NCBI GenBank assembly: GCA_024637295.1
Contig: JAGXFL010000001.1
Coordinates: forward strand, 126,215 to 190,214
Direction of reading: 5' to 3'
DNA from: Sulfuricurvum sp.
GTDB taxonomy: Bacteria; Campylobacterota; Campylobacteria; Campylobacterales; Sulfurimonadaceae
Length of the DNA: 64,000 nucleotides
Shown here piece by piece: positions 9,371-18,342 of this stretch. A program made the position numbers and the translations under genes. Under the pieces are notes generated by a model. The model was not told the origin of the DNA. It was given only the letters and a program-made list of their open reading frames with translations, and searched no databases. The first letter of the stretch is position 1, and each line of letters opens with the position of its first letter.

Positions 9371-11773
9371 TTATTTTTTTCCTTCAAAATCAAAATTTAG
9401 GATTACTTCGTCAATATATTCTGCTGAAAGTGTCTCTTGTGCATAGCGCAAGTACAGCCCACTTTCGTACATGAAGCGTATGATATCCATATCGATGTCC
9501 CCGTCTTTTGCCATAAAGAAAAGGATTTTCATGACTTCTGAGAGTTTTTTCCCTTTTTTATAAGGGCGATCAGATGCGCTAAGTGCTTCAAATATATCGG
9601 CAATCGCAAGGATGCGTGCTTCAAAACTCAACTCGTCACCTTTGAGTCCTAGAGGGTAGCCGCCGCCGTTGATCTTTTCATGATGGCCACACGCAATTTC
9701 AGCGACACGATCAAGCTTGCGTGGGAATGGAAGCTGTTCTAGCATCCTTAGGGTTACTTGGGCATGATTATTGATAATCATACGTTGATCATACGTAAGA
9801 GTCCCTTTTTGCACTGTCAGATTAGCGACTTCATCTTCACTCAAAATAGGCTCAACAATACCGTTTAGACGAATTGTCCTTTGTGCGATGAGATGTATTT
9901 TTTGGATGTTCTCATCGCTAAAAAATTCACCTCCGACATTGGCTGATTTGAGAAAATCAATCTCTGCATCTAACTCTTTGATGGCTTCATTGTATTTTGT
10001 TTCAATCTCTTGCAGCAGCACTGAATCATTAATGGCATTTTTTTGCTCTAAATATTGTATATAGGCATCCCGTTTTAGGATCTCAAAGCGCGACTCGACG
10101 GTATGAATTCGATCGTATATTGTCTCGAGTTTGGTTGATTTGTCGATGACGTATTCGGGGGTCGTGATTTTTCCGATATCGTGCATCAATGCCGCAAACT
10201 TGATCTCTTTGAGTTGGTCCTCATCAAAATGGATGTGTTCGAATTGACCCGTATCTTCGTTGATTTCACGAGCGATCATCACAGAGAGATCGACCATCTT
10301 ATGAATATGCCCTGCAGTATAAGGGGATTTTTCTTCAATGGCAACGTTGATCGTCTTTAAAAACGATTCGAGTAATATTTCCAAATCATTGATGAGTTTT
10401 TGTTTGGTCAGGACCACTGCGGCTTGGGAAGCTAATGAGGATGCAATTTCCTCATCCGAGTGATCAAAAGGGATGATGGTATCATCAACATCCTGTTTGT
10501 TGATGAGTTGCAATACTCCGATAAGGTTGTCTTCGTGGTCTTTCATAGGGAGGACTAATATGGATCTGGTTTTATACCCTGTACGTGCATCAAAATCAAT
10601 GGTACCGCCAAAGTCGTAATCCGTGGATTCGTAGACATTTGGGATATTGACAACAACTTGGTTAAGGGCACATAATGCTGCTGCCATATGACGGTTTTCA
10701 TTTTTTTCATTATCATAAAGTTCCAGTGGCTGCCACTGTATGTTGCCATGCGTTCCACCCATGTGGATATTCATGGTGTCGTTTTGAACGACTTTGAATT
10801 CCAGTTGAGCGGTTGCGGGATTATAGAGATATAAGGTACCGGCATCTGCATTACTGAATTGGCGTGCATACTGGAGGATCATTTCCAGTAAGACTTCGAT
10901 ATTTCGTTCAGAAGACAAAGCGGTCCCAATCGAAGTGATTTTAGAGATCATCGTATGATAGGTCTCTCGCTTGCTGGTTTCAACGATGCTGGCGGGATCA
11001 TAAGTGAGACATTCGTAATTTTCTAAAATGTGTCCGCCTCTATCAAAAATTCCCAAATCTTGTAACTCATTTTTGATGGTTGTTTCAAACATATGTTTAA
11101 GATGCATGGGAAAAACTTTAAAATCTTGACGCTTACATTCGGCAAGTTCCTGGGCAAGAATCGCAGGGGTCATATGTTTGCTATCTTGTGCCAATTTCGC
11201 GTAGGAAGAGGGGAAGGATACATCGACAACAAGTGAATGTATATGAGGGTGATTTTCCAATAGGTCCCATATTCTTTTACAGCGATAGGTATCTGATGTA
11301 AACAAGATTCCATTACCATTTTGCTCGATCACATACCCACAGCTTCCATCGGTATGGTTGGTCTTAAACGGGGTGAGAACAATACCGTCAACTTCGTAGG
11401 GTTGATCTGTGAAGATCTCGATGAGTTCAAGAGTCTTTGCATCATGTTGTATCAGATTTATCTCTTCAAAATTAGGCCAGATTTGGTGATTGAAAATAAA
11501 ATTGCGCAGGTTTTGCAAAGTCTCTTTTAATCCATAGATTTTCAGAGGAGATTTTTTTTGAGTCACAAACAGATCTGCCATGAATGCGATATCAACAATA
11601 TGATCCAAATGGGAGTGAGTTAAGAAAATATGCTCAATTAAATAAAGACTCTGCCCCATCCCTTCAATCAAATTTCCGGCATCAATGACACATGTTTTAG
11701 AAACCCTTAGACATGTCGTCCCCTCAGATGCGGTCTTACTGCCACTTGTTCCTAAAAACTCTATATAATTCAT
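9371..11773 (-). CDS. Metallo-beta-lactamase-fold (cyclic-nucleotide PDE-like) + GAF + HD-GYP fusion
   Basis: MBL motifs FLGTSGS, THSHLDHI, NHTDGSCGY, DVSFP. GAF (ADAGTLYL, TGYKTRSILVLPM, GVLQLIN). HD-GYP (MHDIGK, HHEKINGGGYP, IADIFEAL). Confidence 0.88.
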   Translation of the reverse strand: MNYIEFLGTSGSKTASEGTTCLRVSKTCVIDAGNLIEGMGQSLYLIEHIFLTHSHLDHIVDIAFMADLFVTQKKSPLKIYGLKETLQNLRNFIFNHQIWPNFEEINLIQHDAKTLELIEIFTDQPYEVDGIVLTPFKTNHTDGSCGYVIEQNGNGILFTSDTYRCKRIWDLLENHPHIHSLVVDVSFPSSYAKLAQDSKHMTPAILAQELAECKRQDFKVFPMHLKHMFETTIKNELQDLGIFDRGGHILENYECLTYDPASIVETSKRETYHTMISKITSIGTALSSERNIEVLLEMILQYARQFSNADAGTLYLYNPATAQLEFKVVQNDTMNIHMGGTHGNIQWQPLELYDNEKNENRHMAAALCALNQVVVNIPNVYESTDYDFGGTIDFDARTGYKTRSILVLPMKDHEDNLIGVLQLINKQDVDDTIIPFDHSDEEIASSLASQAAVVLTKQKLINDLEILLESFLKTINVAIEEKSPYTAGHIHKMVDLSVMIAREINEDTGQFEHIHFDEDQLKEIKFAALMHDIGKITTPEYVIDKSTKLETIYDRIHTVESRFEILKRDAYIQYLEQKNAINDSVLLQEIETKYNEAIKELDAEIDFLKSANVGGEFFSDENIQKIHLIAQRTIRLNGIVEPILSEDEVANLTVQKGTLTYDQRMIINNHAQVTLRMLEQLPFPRKLDRVAEIACGHHEKINGGGYPLGLKGDELSFEARILAIADIFEALSASDRPYKKGKKLSEVMKILFFMAKDGDIDMDIIRFMYESGLYLRYAQETLSAEYIDEVILNFDFEGKK

Positions 11774-11954
11774 GATGCTTTACTCCTAAATCCATATTAA
11801 AGTCCATTGGAATAGTATTGGATTGTGATTATTCGCACTTACTTTAGATAGGAAAAAAGTGATATGCAAAGTTGGTATTAAATATATACATATAATGCCA
11901 TAGATTTTTATTGTTTTTATAATGGAATTAATTATTTCTAAATCTTTTTTATTC

Positions 11955-14486
11955 TTAGATAAGTTTTTTTCTCTTTTTTAAACTCCACTCTAGCCATTTA
12001 TAGCTTTCTATTAAGACAAATATTATCGCAGTAGCACTGCCAATATAAGTCAACATGATTACGTCTGGAGAAATCGCATGAAACCAATGCGGTACAACAT
12101 ACAAAGCGATGAGCTGAAGTGATATACCAATACCTAAGCCGATCCAAATCGCAGGGTTGATAGTGAGGCTGCGGCGAATGTTGTAGAAGAAAGGTTCTTC
12201 TTCTTTTTGTGCAAGAAGACCGTTGACCCATTGAGATGTAACGATGATGCAAAACGACACTGTCAGGGCTGCTTCATAGCTATGTCCATTGTTAAGTAGA
12301 TGAATAAAAAAGAGCAGGGTGATCGATGCATTGACGACTGAAACCCAGCCAATACGTCCTATTTGCCAACGGTCAAAAAACTGTGCATTAAGTCGGCGTG
12401 GAGGTTTTTGCATAACATTTCCCTCTTCACGGCACATGGGAAAAGTCTTATCGACAACCCCATCGGTGACGATATTGATCCATAGTATCTGTGTTGGGTG
12501 AACCGGTAGTGGTAAACCCATTATTATGGCGGTACTGATGAGAAGTATTTCATCAAAACAGGTAGCTAGAAGATAAAAGATGACCTTTCGTAAGTTTGCT
12601 GTGATAATTCTCCCTTGTCGAATCGCATCAACGATGACGCCCAAATTATTGTCAGTAATTACCATTTTTGCAGTTGATTTTGCAGCTTCACTTCCATTCC
12701 CCATAGCAATGCCCAAATCGGCTGCTTTGAGTGCAGGAACGTCATTGACACCATCGCCTGTGACCGCTACAATTTCACCCTTTGCTTGGAGAAGCTTGAC
12801 GATTCGGTATTTATGTTCTGGAAGTGCTCGTGCGGCTACGGTACACTTTAGTAGAGCAAGCTGAAGATCTTCATCTCCCATGGTTTCGATTTCGTGACCA
12901 TTGAGTACGCTATCGCCCTCTCGCCATATTCCGACCTCTTGTGCGATGACTTGTGCCGTGATAGGATTGTCACCTGTAACCATGATAACGCGTATTCCTG
13001 CTTCTTTTGCCTGATGAACGGCATCTGCTGAACCGCTTTTTGCGGCATCTGAAAAACCGATCAGACCGACAAGACGGATACTCCACTGTGCAGGAACTTC
13101 CCAATCATCATCACTGATTCCAAAAGCCAAAACACGTAATCCTTGCTGAGCCATTGCATCATGAGCATTATGTAATCTCTCTAAATCTTCGGAGTTATTA
13201 TGGGCTATCTCTCTGAGTGCTTCGTAGGCTCCTTTGATATAGAGACGTTTTGTCTTTCCATTTTGATTAACAGTTGCCATCAGTCTGGCTTTTGGATCAA
13301 AGGGATGATAAATGACACGGGGATTATTATTTCGAATTGTGGCGTACTCATCTGCAACCCATCGGGTCAGCGCCATATCTAGTGAATCGCCGCGCTCCAT
13401 TGTAGCATCGTTGCACAATGCAGCACACATTTTTAGCTCTTTGTCCTCCAGTGCTTCTATTTTAGAGACGGATAAAAATCCTTCGGTAATGGTGCCTGTT
13501 TTATCCGTAGCAATCACCGAAGCGCTTCCTAGGGATTCTACGCTAGGGAGGTGGCGTACAAGCACTTTATGACGGCTAAGTCGGTAAGCACCTAATGCTA
13601 GGATGAGAGTAACTACGATGGGAAGTCCCTCAGGTACTGCTGAAACGAGTTCCGCAAGTAAAATTGAAGCCATATCCTCACTATTTCGTCCCTGTAAAAG
13701 ACCGATAACCCCAACAAGAATCAAAATGCCGATTAAAATAATAATGAGACGTTTGGAAAAAATAGCCAATGATCGCGTGAGAGGTGAGTGGGGAGATTTT
13801 TCTTGTGCACTTTTGGCTATAGAGGCTAAATAAGTGTGTTCTCCCGTTGCGGTGACTATCCCTTTTGCCGTACCTTTGAGAATATGGGTTCCTGAAAAAA
13901 GAGTATTGCTTTGTTCATAAGGCAAAGTGTTTAGGGAAAGTAATTGATCGGATTGTTTGGAAGATGGGAGGGATTCTCCTGTGAGCGTTGCTTCATCTGC
14001 CTGTAAGCCGTACGATTCAATCAAACGAATGTCAGCTGGAATAAGATCACCTTCAGCAAGTAGAACAATATCTCCTGGAACAAGATCATCAGAGGGGACA
14101 AGCGCTTCTATACCCATACGCATGACACGTACATGGGTTTCTGTCAGCTTTTTAAGAGCATGAATAGAGGTCTCTGCCCGATACTCCTGAACAAAACCTA
14201 ATAGACTGTTGATGATCAGTATCCCCATGATGATGAAGCCGTCGTTTGGGTTTCCCATCGCATAGGATAATATTGCTGCTGCGATCAAGATAAGGACAAT
14301 AGGACTTTTGAATTGGCTGATAAGTATGCTTATTACCGAACGTTTTTCTTCTATAAGAAGATTACGTCCATAAAGATGTTGGCGCTGTAATACTGAAGAA
14401 GCTTCGATTCCCAGAGGGGAACTTTGAAGTAAGTCATAGAGTTCTTCAGGTGTTTTGGAATGTGGAGCTTCTACCCATGATAACAT
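11955..14486 (-). CDS. Cation-transporting P-type ATPase (type II-like)
   Basis: LTGES, VPEGLP, DKTGT phosphorylation motif, MVTGDN, TGDGVNDVPAL. Confidence 0.93.
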   Translation of the reverse strand: MLSWVEAPHSKTPEELYDLLQSSPLGIEASSVLQRQHLYGRNLLIEEKRSVISILISQFKSPIVLILIAAAILSYAMGNPNDGFIIMGILIINSLLGFVQEYRAETSIHALKKLTETHVRVMRMGIEALVPSDDLVPGDIVLLAEGDLIPADIRLIESYGLQADEATLTGESLPSSKQSDQLLSLNTLPYEQSNTLFSGTHILKGTAKGIVTATGEHTYLASIAKSAQEKSPHSPLTRSLAIFSKRLIIILIGILILVGVIGLLQGRNSEDMASILLAELVSAVPEGLPIVVTLILALGAYRLSRHKVLVRHLPSVESLGSASVIATDKTGTITEGFLSVSKIEALEDKELKMCAALCNDATMERGDSLDMALTRWVADEYATIRNNNPRVIYHPFDPKARLMATVNQNGKTKRLYIKGAYEALREIAHNNSEDLERLHNAHDAMAQQGLRVLAFGISDDDWEVPAQWSIRLVGLIGFSDAAKSGSADAVHQAKEAGIRVIMVTGDNPITAQVIAQEVGIWREGDSVLNGHEIETMGDEDLQLALLKCTVAARALPEHKYRIVKLLQAKGEIVAVTGDGVNDVPALKAADLGIAMGNGSEAAKSTAKMVITDNNLGVIVDAIRQGRIITANLRKVIFYLLATCFDEILLISTAIIMGLPLPVHPTQILWINIVTDGVVDKTFPMCREEGNVMQKPPRRLNAQFFDRWQIGRIGWVSVVNASITLLFFIHLLNNGHSYEAALTVSFCIIVTSQWVNGLLAQKEEEPFFYNIRRSLTINPAIWIGLGIGISLQLIALYVVPHWFHAISPDVIMLTYIGSATAIIFVLIESYKWLEWSLKKRKKLI

Positions 14487-14510
14487 TATGTATATTCTCC
14501 ATTTAGTAGA

Positions 14511-15875
14511 TTACCGGACGATAAGTTTGACATTGTCCGATTTTGTTCTCATCTTTAACCATGTTTCTATTTTTCTTTTTTCATTTTCGGTAAGCCGTTT
14601 TTTAGCATTAGCATTAAGTACTAGGCGATTGACACTGAGGTTATGATCAACCGCGGTTGGATCAAAGCTTCGAGAAAGAAGGACGTCATTTACTTTTGGG
14701 AAAAGGGTTTCAAGTTCTTTGGGGACGGCTGTATAGTATTCACGGTCGCCTGAGAGGAGGCGGATCTGTTCTTTAAGTTTATCTACTTCTTTTGCTTTTG
14801 CTTCCAAATCCGCTTTGGTATTTTGATACACATCGGCAATAATATCGGCTTTTAATGTGGTGACATCCACATCTTCACGTTCACCGTTTTGGTAAACTTT
14901 TAGTTTTGCATTGTCTAATCCAGACTTGGTTAACCCAATACTGAGCTGATCTAATTTTTCTTGAGGAACGTGATCCCCAATTAAAAAGACTTTGATCATA
15001 TGGGTCTTAGTATCTATTTTTACTTGAGCGACATCGGTATTTTTAAAGCGCATATTTTCATTTATAAATGTATTTGCTTTGGCTTTGAATACTTCATTTC
15101 CGACAAGCTGGTAGGCTAAATAAGAGCTTGGAAGAACGGTCAAGATTACAACGATAGCAATGTATCGTTGGGCTTTTTTGGCAATTGCAGGATCAACGTA
15201 TTTTTTTTCACTTAAATCGAATACACGGACGATCATAAAGGATGCCACAGCAATAAAAACAAAATTGATAGTATAAAGATAAAAAGCTCCAAAGAAGTAA
15301 CTCCAATGTCCCGTTGCCAATCCAAACCCTGCGGTACATAGTGGTGGCATGAGGGCTGTCGCGATAGCAACACCCGGGATAACATTGGTCTTTTCTTTGC
15401 GCGTAAGGGCCACAATCCCAGCCAATCCGCCAAAAAGTCCAATCATTACATCCCATACGGTTGGCGTGGTGCGGGATAACAGTTCTGATTGTGCTACATC
15501 AAGAGGTGAGATTAAAAAATACAGCGTCGAGGTAAGCAGTGCAATAAGGGTGGCAATGGCAAGATTTTTAAATCCGCTTCGAATCAAAGAAAAATCGTTA
15601 ATCCCAGCACCGTATCCGATCCCCATAATCGGCCCCATGAGAGGAGAGATCAACATGGCCCCGATTATCACGGCAGTTGAGTTAACATTTAGACCGATGG
15701 ATGCGACGAGAATGGCGAACATCAAAATCCATAGATTGGCCCCTTTCATAGAGACATCTCCTCGGATTCTCTCGTCAATCACATCATCATCAGCTTTATC
15801 ATCCGTAAGGCTTAAACGCTCACGAAAGAGCTCTTTTGCATTGATCCAAAAGCGGTGTTCTTCTACATTTGTCAT
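14511..15875 (-). CDS. DUF389/TIGR00341-family membrane protein
   Basis: ASIGLNVNSTAVIIGAMLISPLMGPI, ELLSRTTPT, IPGVAIATALMPPLCTAG. Confidence 0.85.
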   Translation of the reverse strand: MTNVEEHRFWINAKELFRERLSLTDDKADDDVIDERIRGDVSMKGANLWILMFAILVASIGLNVNSTAVIIGAMLISPLMGPIMGIGYGAGINDFSLIRSGFKNLAIATLIALLTSTLYFLISPLDVAQSELLSRTTPTVWDVMIGLFGGLAGIVALTRKEKTNVIPGVAIATALMPPLCTAGFGLATGHWSYFFGAFYLYTINFVFIAVASFMIVRVFDLSEKKYVDPAIAKKAQRYIAIVVILTVLPSSYLAYQLVGNEVFKAKANTFINENMRFKNTDVAQVKIDTKTHMIKVFLIGDHVPQEKLDQLSIGLTKSGLDNAKLKVYQNGEREDVDVTTLKADIIADVYQNTKADLEAKAKEVDKLKEQIRLLSGDREYYTAVPKELETLFPKVNDVLLSRSFDPTAVDHNLSVNRLVLNANAKKRLTENEKRKIETWLKMRTKSDNVKLIVR

Positions 15876-16042
15876 CTATTTGATCCTATAAAAAAACTCT
15901 ACTTGCTACATTTTACCCTCTCTTTCAAAAATTTGGCTTATACCTGTTATAAAAGAGATTTGGGAGTTTATGTTTACTTTTGTGTACTATACTAGGGGGG
16001 GGAACTGTAATAAGTTTCTTTTCCAAAAAAGGGGGAAAATGG

Positions 16043-17368
16043 ATGACTACAATCATGGAATTAGACGGTATTGATTTATCAACGCATCCTTTTGGATGGA
16101 TGTTGCTGCTTATTTTCATCGTCGGATACTATTTTATCGCGCGAGAAGACAAATATCATCTGGACAAATCGAAACCTGCTTTATTCATCGGAACATTTAT
16201 GTATATACTCATCGGAGGATACTATGCATTCTATGGTCTTAATTTCGTCCCTTTTAAAAGGGAGATCACCCATCTGGTCTACGAAATAGCTGAAATTTTC
16301 TTTTTCTTATTTGTTGCTATGACGTTTGTCGAAGCATTGATCGAGAGGGGAGTGTTTAATGCCCTTAAGGGAAAACTGATTGCCAAAGGGTACAGTTATC
16401 GTGAACTCTTTTGGATTACCGGATTTTTGGCGTTTTTTATCTCGCCTATTGCTGATAATCTGACAACCGCACTTATCCTATCCACTGTTTTAGTGACCAT
16501 TGAGCGAAATGATAAAGCTTTTTTGGTTCCCAGTGCGATCAATGTTGTTGTTGCGGCCAATGCGGGAGGTGTTTGGAGCCCATTTGGAGATATTACGACG
16601 CTTATGGCATGGACAGCTCAAAAAGGGCAGTTTACTGATTTTCTGTATCTTTTTCCTGCCGCATTTATCGGCTGGATCGTAACGGCTTTTTTACTGGTAC
16701 GATATGTACCAGATTTAGACCCGAATAAAGAGGGTGATCAGGAAGCTGCTGAAAAGATTGAGATTCTCAAAGGTGGAAAAGTTATTATCGGCATCGGCAT
16801 AGCCACTATTGCTATGTCGGTTATCGCGAAACAGGTCATGCAGTTACCGCCGATGTGGGGGATGTTGTTTGGACTCTCTGTCTTACAGTTGTACACCTAC
16901 AGCTTGAAACGACGACATAAGCAAGATGTCAATATCTTTAAAACCATTAGTAAAATCGAGAACAATACTCTCCTCTTTTTCTTTGGTATTTTAGCGGCGG
17001 TTGGTGCCCTTTATTTTGCCGGATTTTTGAACTATGTTTCGAAGCTGTATGATGCCTATGATCCAATGTATGTCAATATTGGTGTGGGATTTGTTTCCGC
17101 AATTATTGATAACGTTCCGGTGATGTCCGCTGTACTCAAAGCAAATCCTGCTATTGATCATGCGCAATGGATGTTGTTGACTTTGACGGCAGGGGTCGGT
17201 GGATCGCTGATCAGTTTCGGTAGTGCTGCAGGGGTTGGTGTAATGGGTCGAATGCATGGTATCTATACATTTTCTGCTCATATGAAGTTAGGTTGGACTG
17301 TTTTGGTAGGCTATGGTGTCTCTCTCGTTGTTTGGTATATCCAGTTTATGGTTTTGGGACTGTATTAA
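16043..17368 (+). CDS. nhaD: Na+/H+ antiporter NhaD family
   Basis: SPIADNLTTAL, AANAGGVWSPFGDITTL, SAIIDNVP, GGSLISFGSAAGV. Start placed at ATG 16043 after GGGGGA rather than the track's 15980. Confidence 0.88.
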   Translation: MTTIMELDGIDLSTHPFGWMLLLIFIVGYYFIAREDKYHLDKSKPALFIGTFMYILIGGYYAFYGLNFVPFKREITHLVYEIAEIFFFLFVAMTFVEALIERGVFNALKGKLIAKGYSYRELFWITGFLAFFISPIADNLTTALILSTVLVTIERNDKAFLVPSAINVVVAANAGGVWSPFGDITTLMAWTAQKGQFTDFLYLFPAAFIGWIVTAFLLVRYVPDLDPNKEGDQEAAEKIEILKGGKVIIGIGIATIAMSVIAKQVMQLPPMWGMLFGLSVLQLYTYSLKRRHKQDVNIFKTISKIENNTLLFFFGILAAVGALYFAGFLNYVSKLYDAYDPMYVNIGVGFVSAIIDNVPVMSAVLKANPAIDHAQWMLLTLTAGVGGSLISFGSAAGVGVMGRMHGIYTFSAHMKLGWTVLVGYGVSLVVWYIQFMVLGLY

Positions 17369-17391
17369 AAAATAAAACTTAGAGGAGAAAT

Positions 17392-18156
17392 ATGAAACGT
17401 ATTGTAATAAAAGTAGGCACTGCCGTCTTGACAGATAATAATAATATAGCCAAAGAACGGATGATGAATCTCGTGACATTGATCGCAAATCTTAAAAAAA
17501 CGTATGATGTCATCTTGGTCACATCAGGTGCAGTTGCCGCAGGGTACTCGACATTGAAACTCGATAAAAGCAAACAGATTGGGAGAAAAGCATTGGCAGC
17601 AGCGGGACAGCCTATTTTGATGTCAAGCTACAAGCGAAAATTTGGTATTTATGATATTGATACGGCGCAGATACTGTTGACAGAGGATGATTTTGATTCA
17701 CGTAAACGTACGATTATGTTTCAAGAGATCATTAATACGCATCTGAACTATGATATCTTGCCAATTGTCAACGAAAACGATATCACATCGACTCCGGAGC
17801 AAACGTTTGGAGACAATGATCAGCTTTCCGCTCATGTTGCCTATGCTACGAATGCAGATCTATTGGTTATTCTTAGTGATATTGACGGGTATTATGATAA
17901 AAATCCGAGAGACTTTAAAGATGCGAAGATCATTCAGATAATCACAGAAATACCTGCCAGTGCACTTGCCGATGATTCATCGGCCAATAATGCCTTTGCG
18001 ACGGGCGGGATCGTAACCAAGCTCAAAGCTGCCGATTTTTTGATGAAACGCGGAAAAAAGATGTTTTTGTGTAATGGTTTTGATCTTAGAGGTGCAGAAG
18101 ATTATTTGTTTAAAGGTGAACATAACCTTGGGACTCTGTTTAAACCAAAAAAATAA
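17392..18156 (+). CDS. proB: Glutamate 5-kinase (no PUA domain)
   Basis: RIVIKVGT, VTSGAVAAG, AAAGQ, IVNEND, FGDNDQLSA, TGGIVTKLKAA. AGAGGAG RBS upstream. Confidence 0.95.
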   Translation: MKRIVIKVGTAVLTDNNNIAKERMMNLVTLIANLKKTYDVILVTSGAVAAGYSTLKLDKSKQIGRKALAAAGQPILMSSYKRKFGIYDIDTAQILLTEDDFDSRKRTIMFQEIINTHLNYDILPIVNENDITSTPEQTFGDNDQLSAHVAYATNADLLVILSDIDGYYDKNPRDFKDAKIIQIITEIPASALADDSSANNAFATGGIVTKLKAADFLMKRGKKMFLCNGFDLRGAEDYLFKGEHNLGTLFKPKK

Positions 18157-18160
18157 AAAA

Positions 18161-18194
18161 GATGGATAGACAAAATCGATAGATTTTCTACATC
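18161..18194 (+). terminator. Imperfect hairpin after proB
   Basis: gatg..tag..aaaatc / gatttt.cta.catc pairing immediately after the stop; no clean U-tract. Confidence 0.3.
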
Positions 18195-18255
18195 ATCCTA
18201 AACGAAACCTTGTCCATATCAACATCCTCACAAAAAGGGGACAGGCTACTTTATT

Positions 18256-18342
18256 TATCTCTGCCCCGTGTGTCAAAGCATTGATATTCAAGTCGTTTAT
18301 GGCGAAGATAGGATGTTGATGAGTTTGGAGATGGAAGAATAG
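18256..18342 (+). pseudogene. hypA: 3' remnant of hydrogenase nickel-insertion protein HypA
   Basis: Translates to YLCPVCQSIDIQVVYGEDRMLMSLEMEE*, matching the second CxxC and the G-x-E/D...LxSLEME C-terminus of HypA. In-frame stop at 18199 and no start codon for an N-terminal half. Confidence 0.65.
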
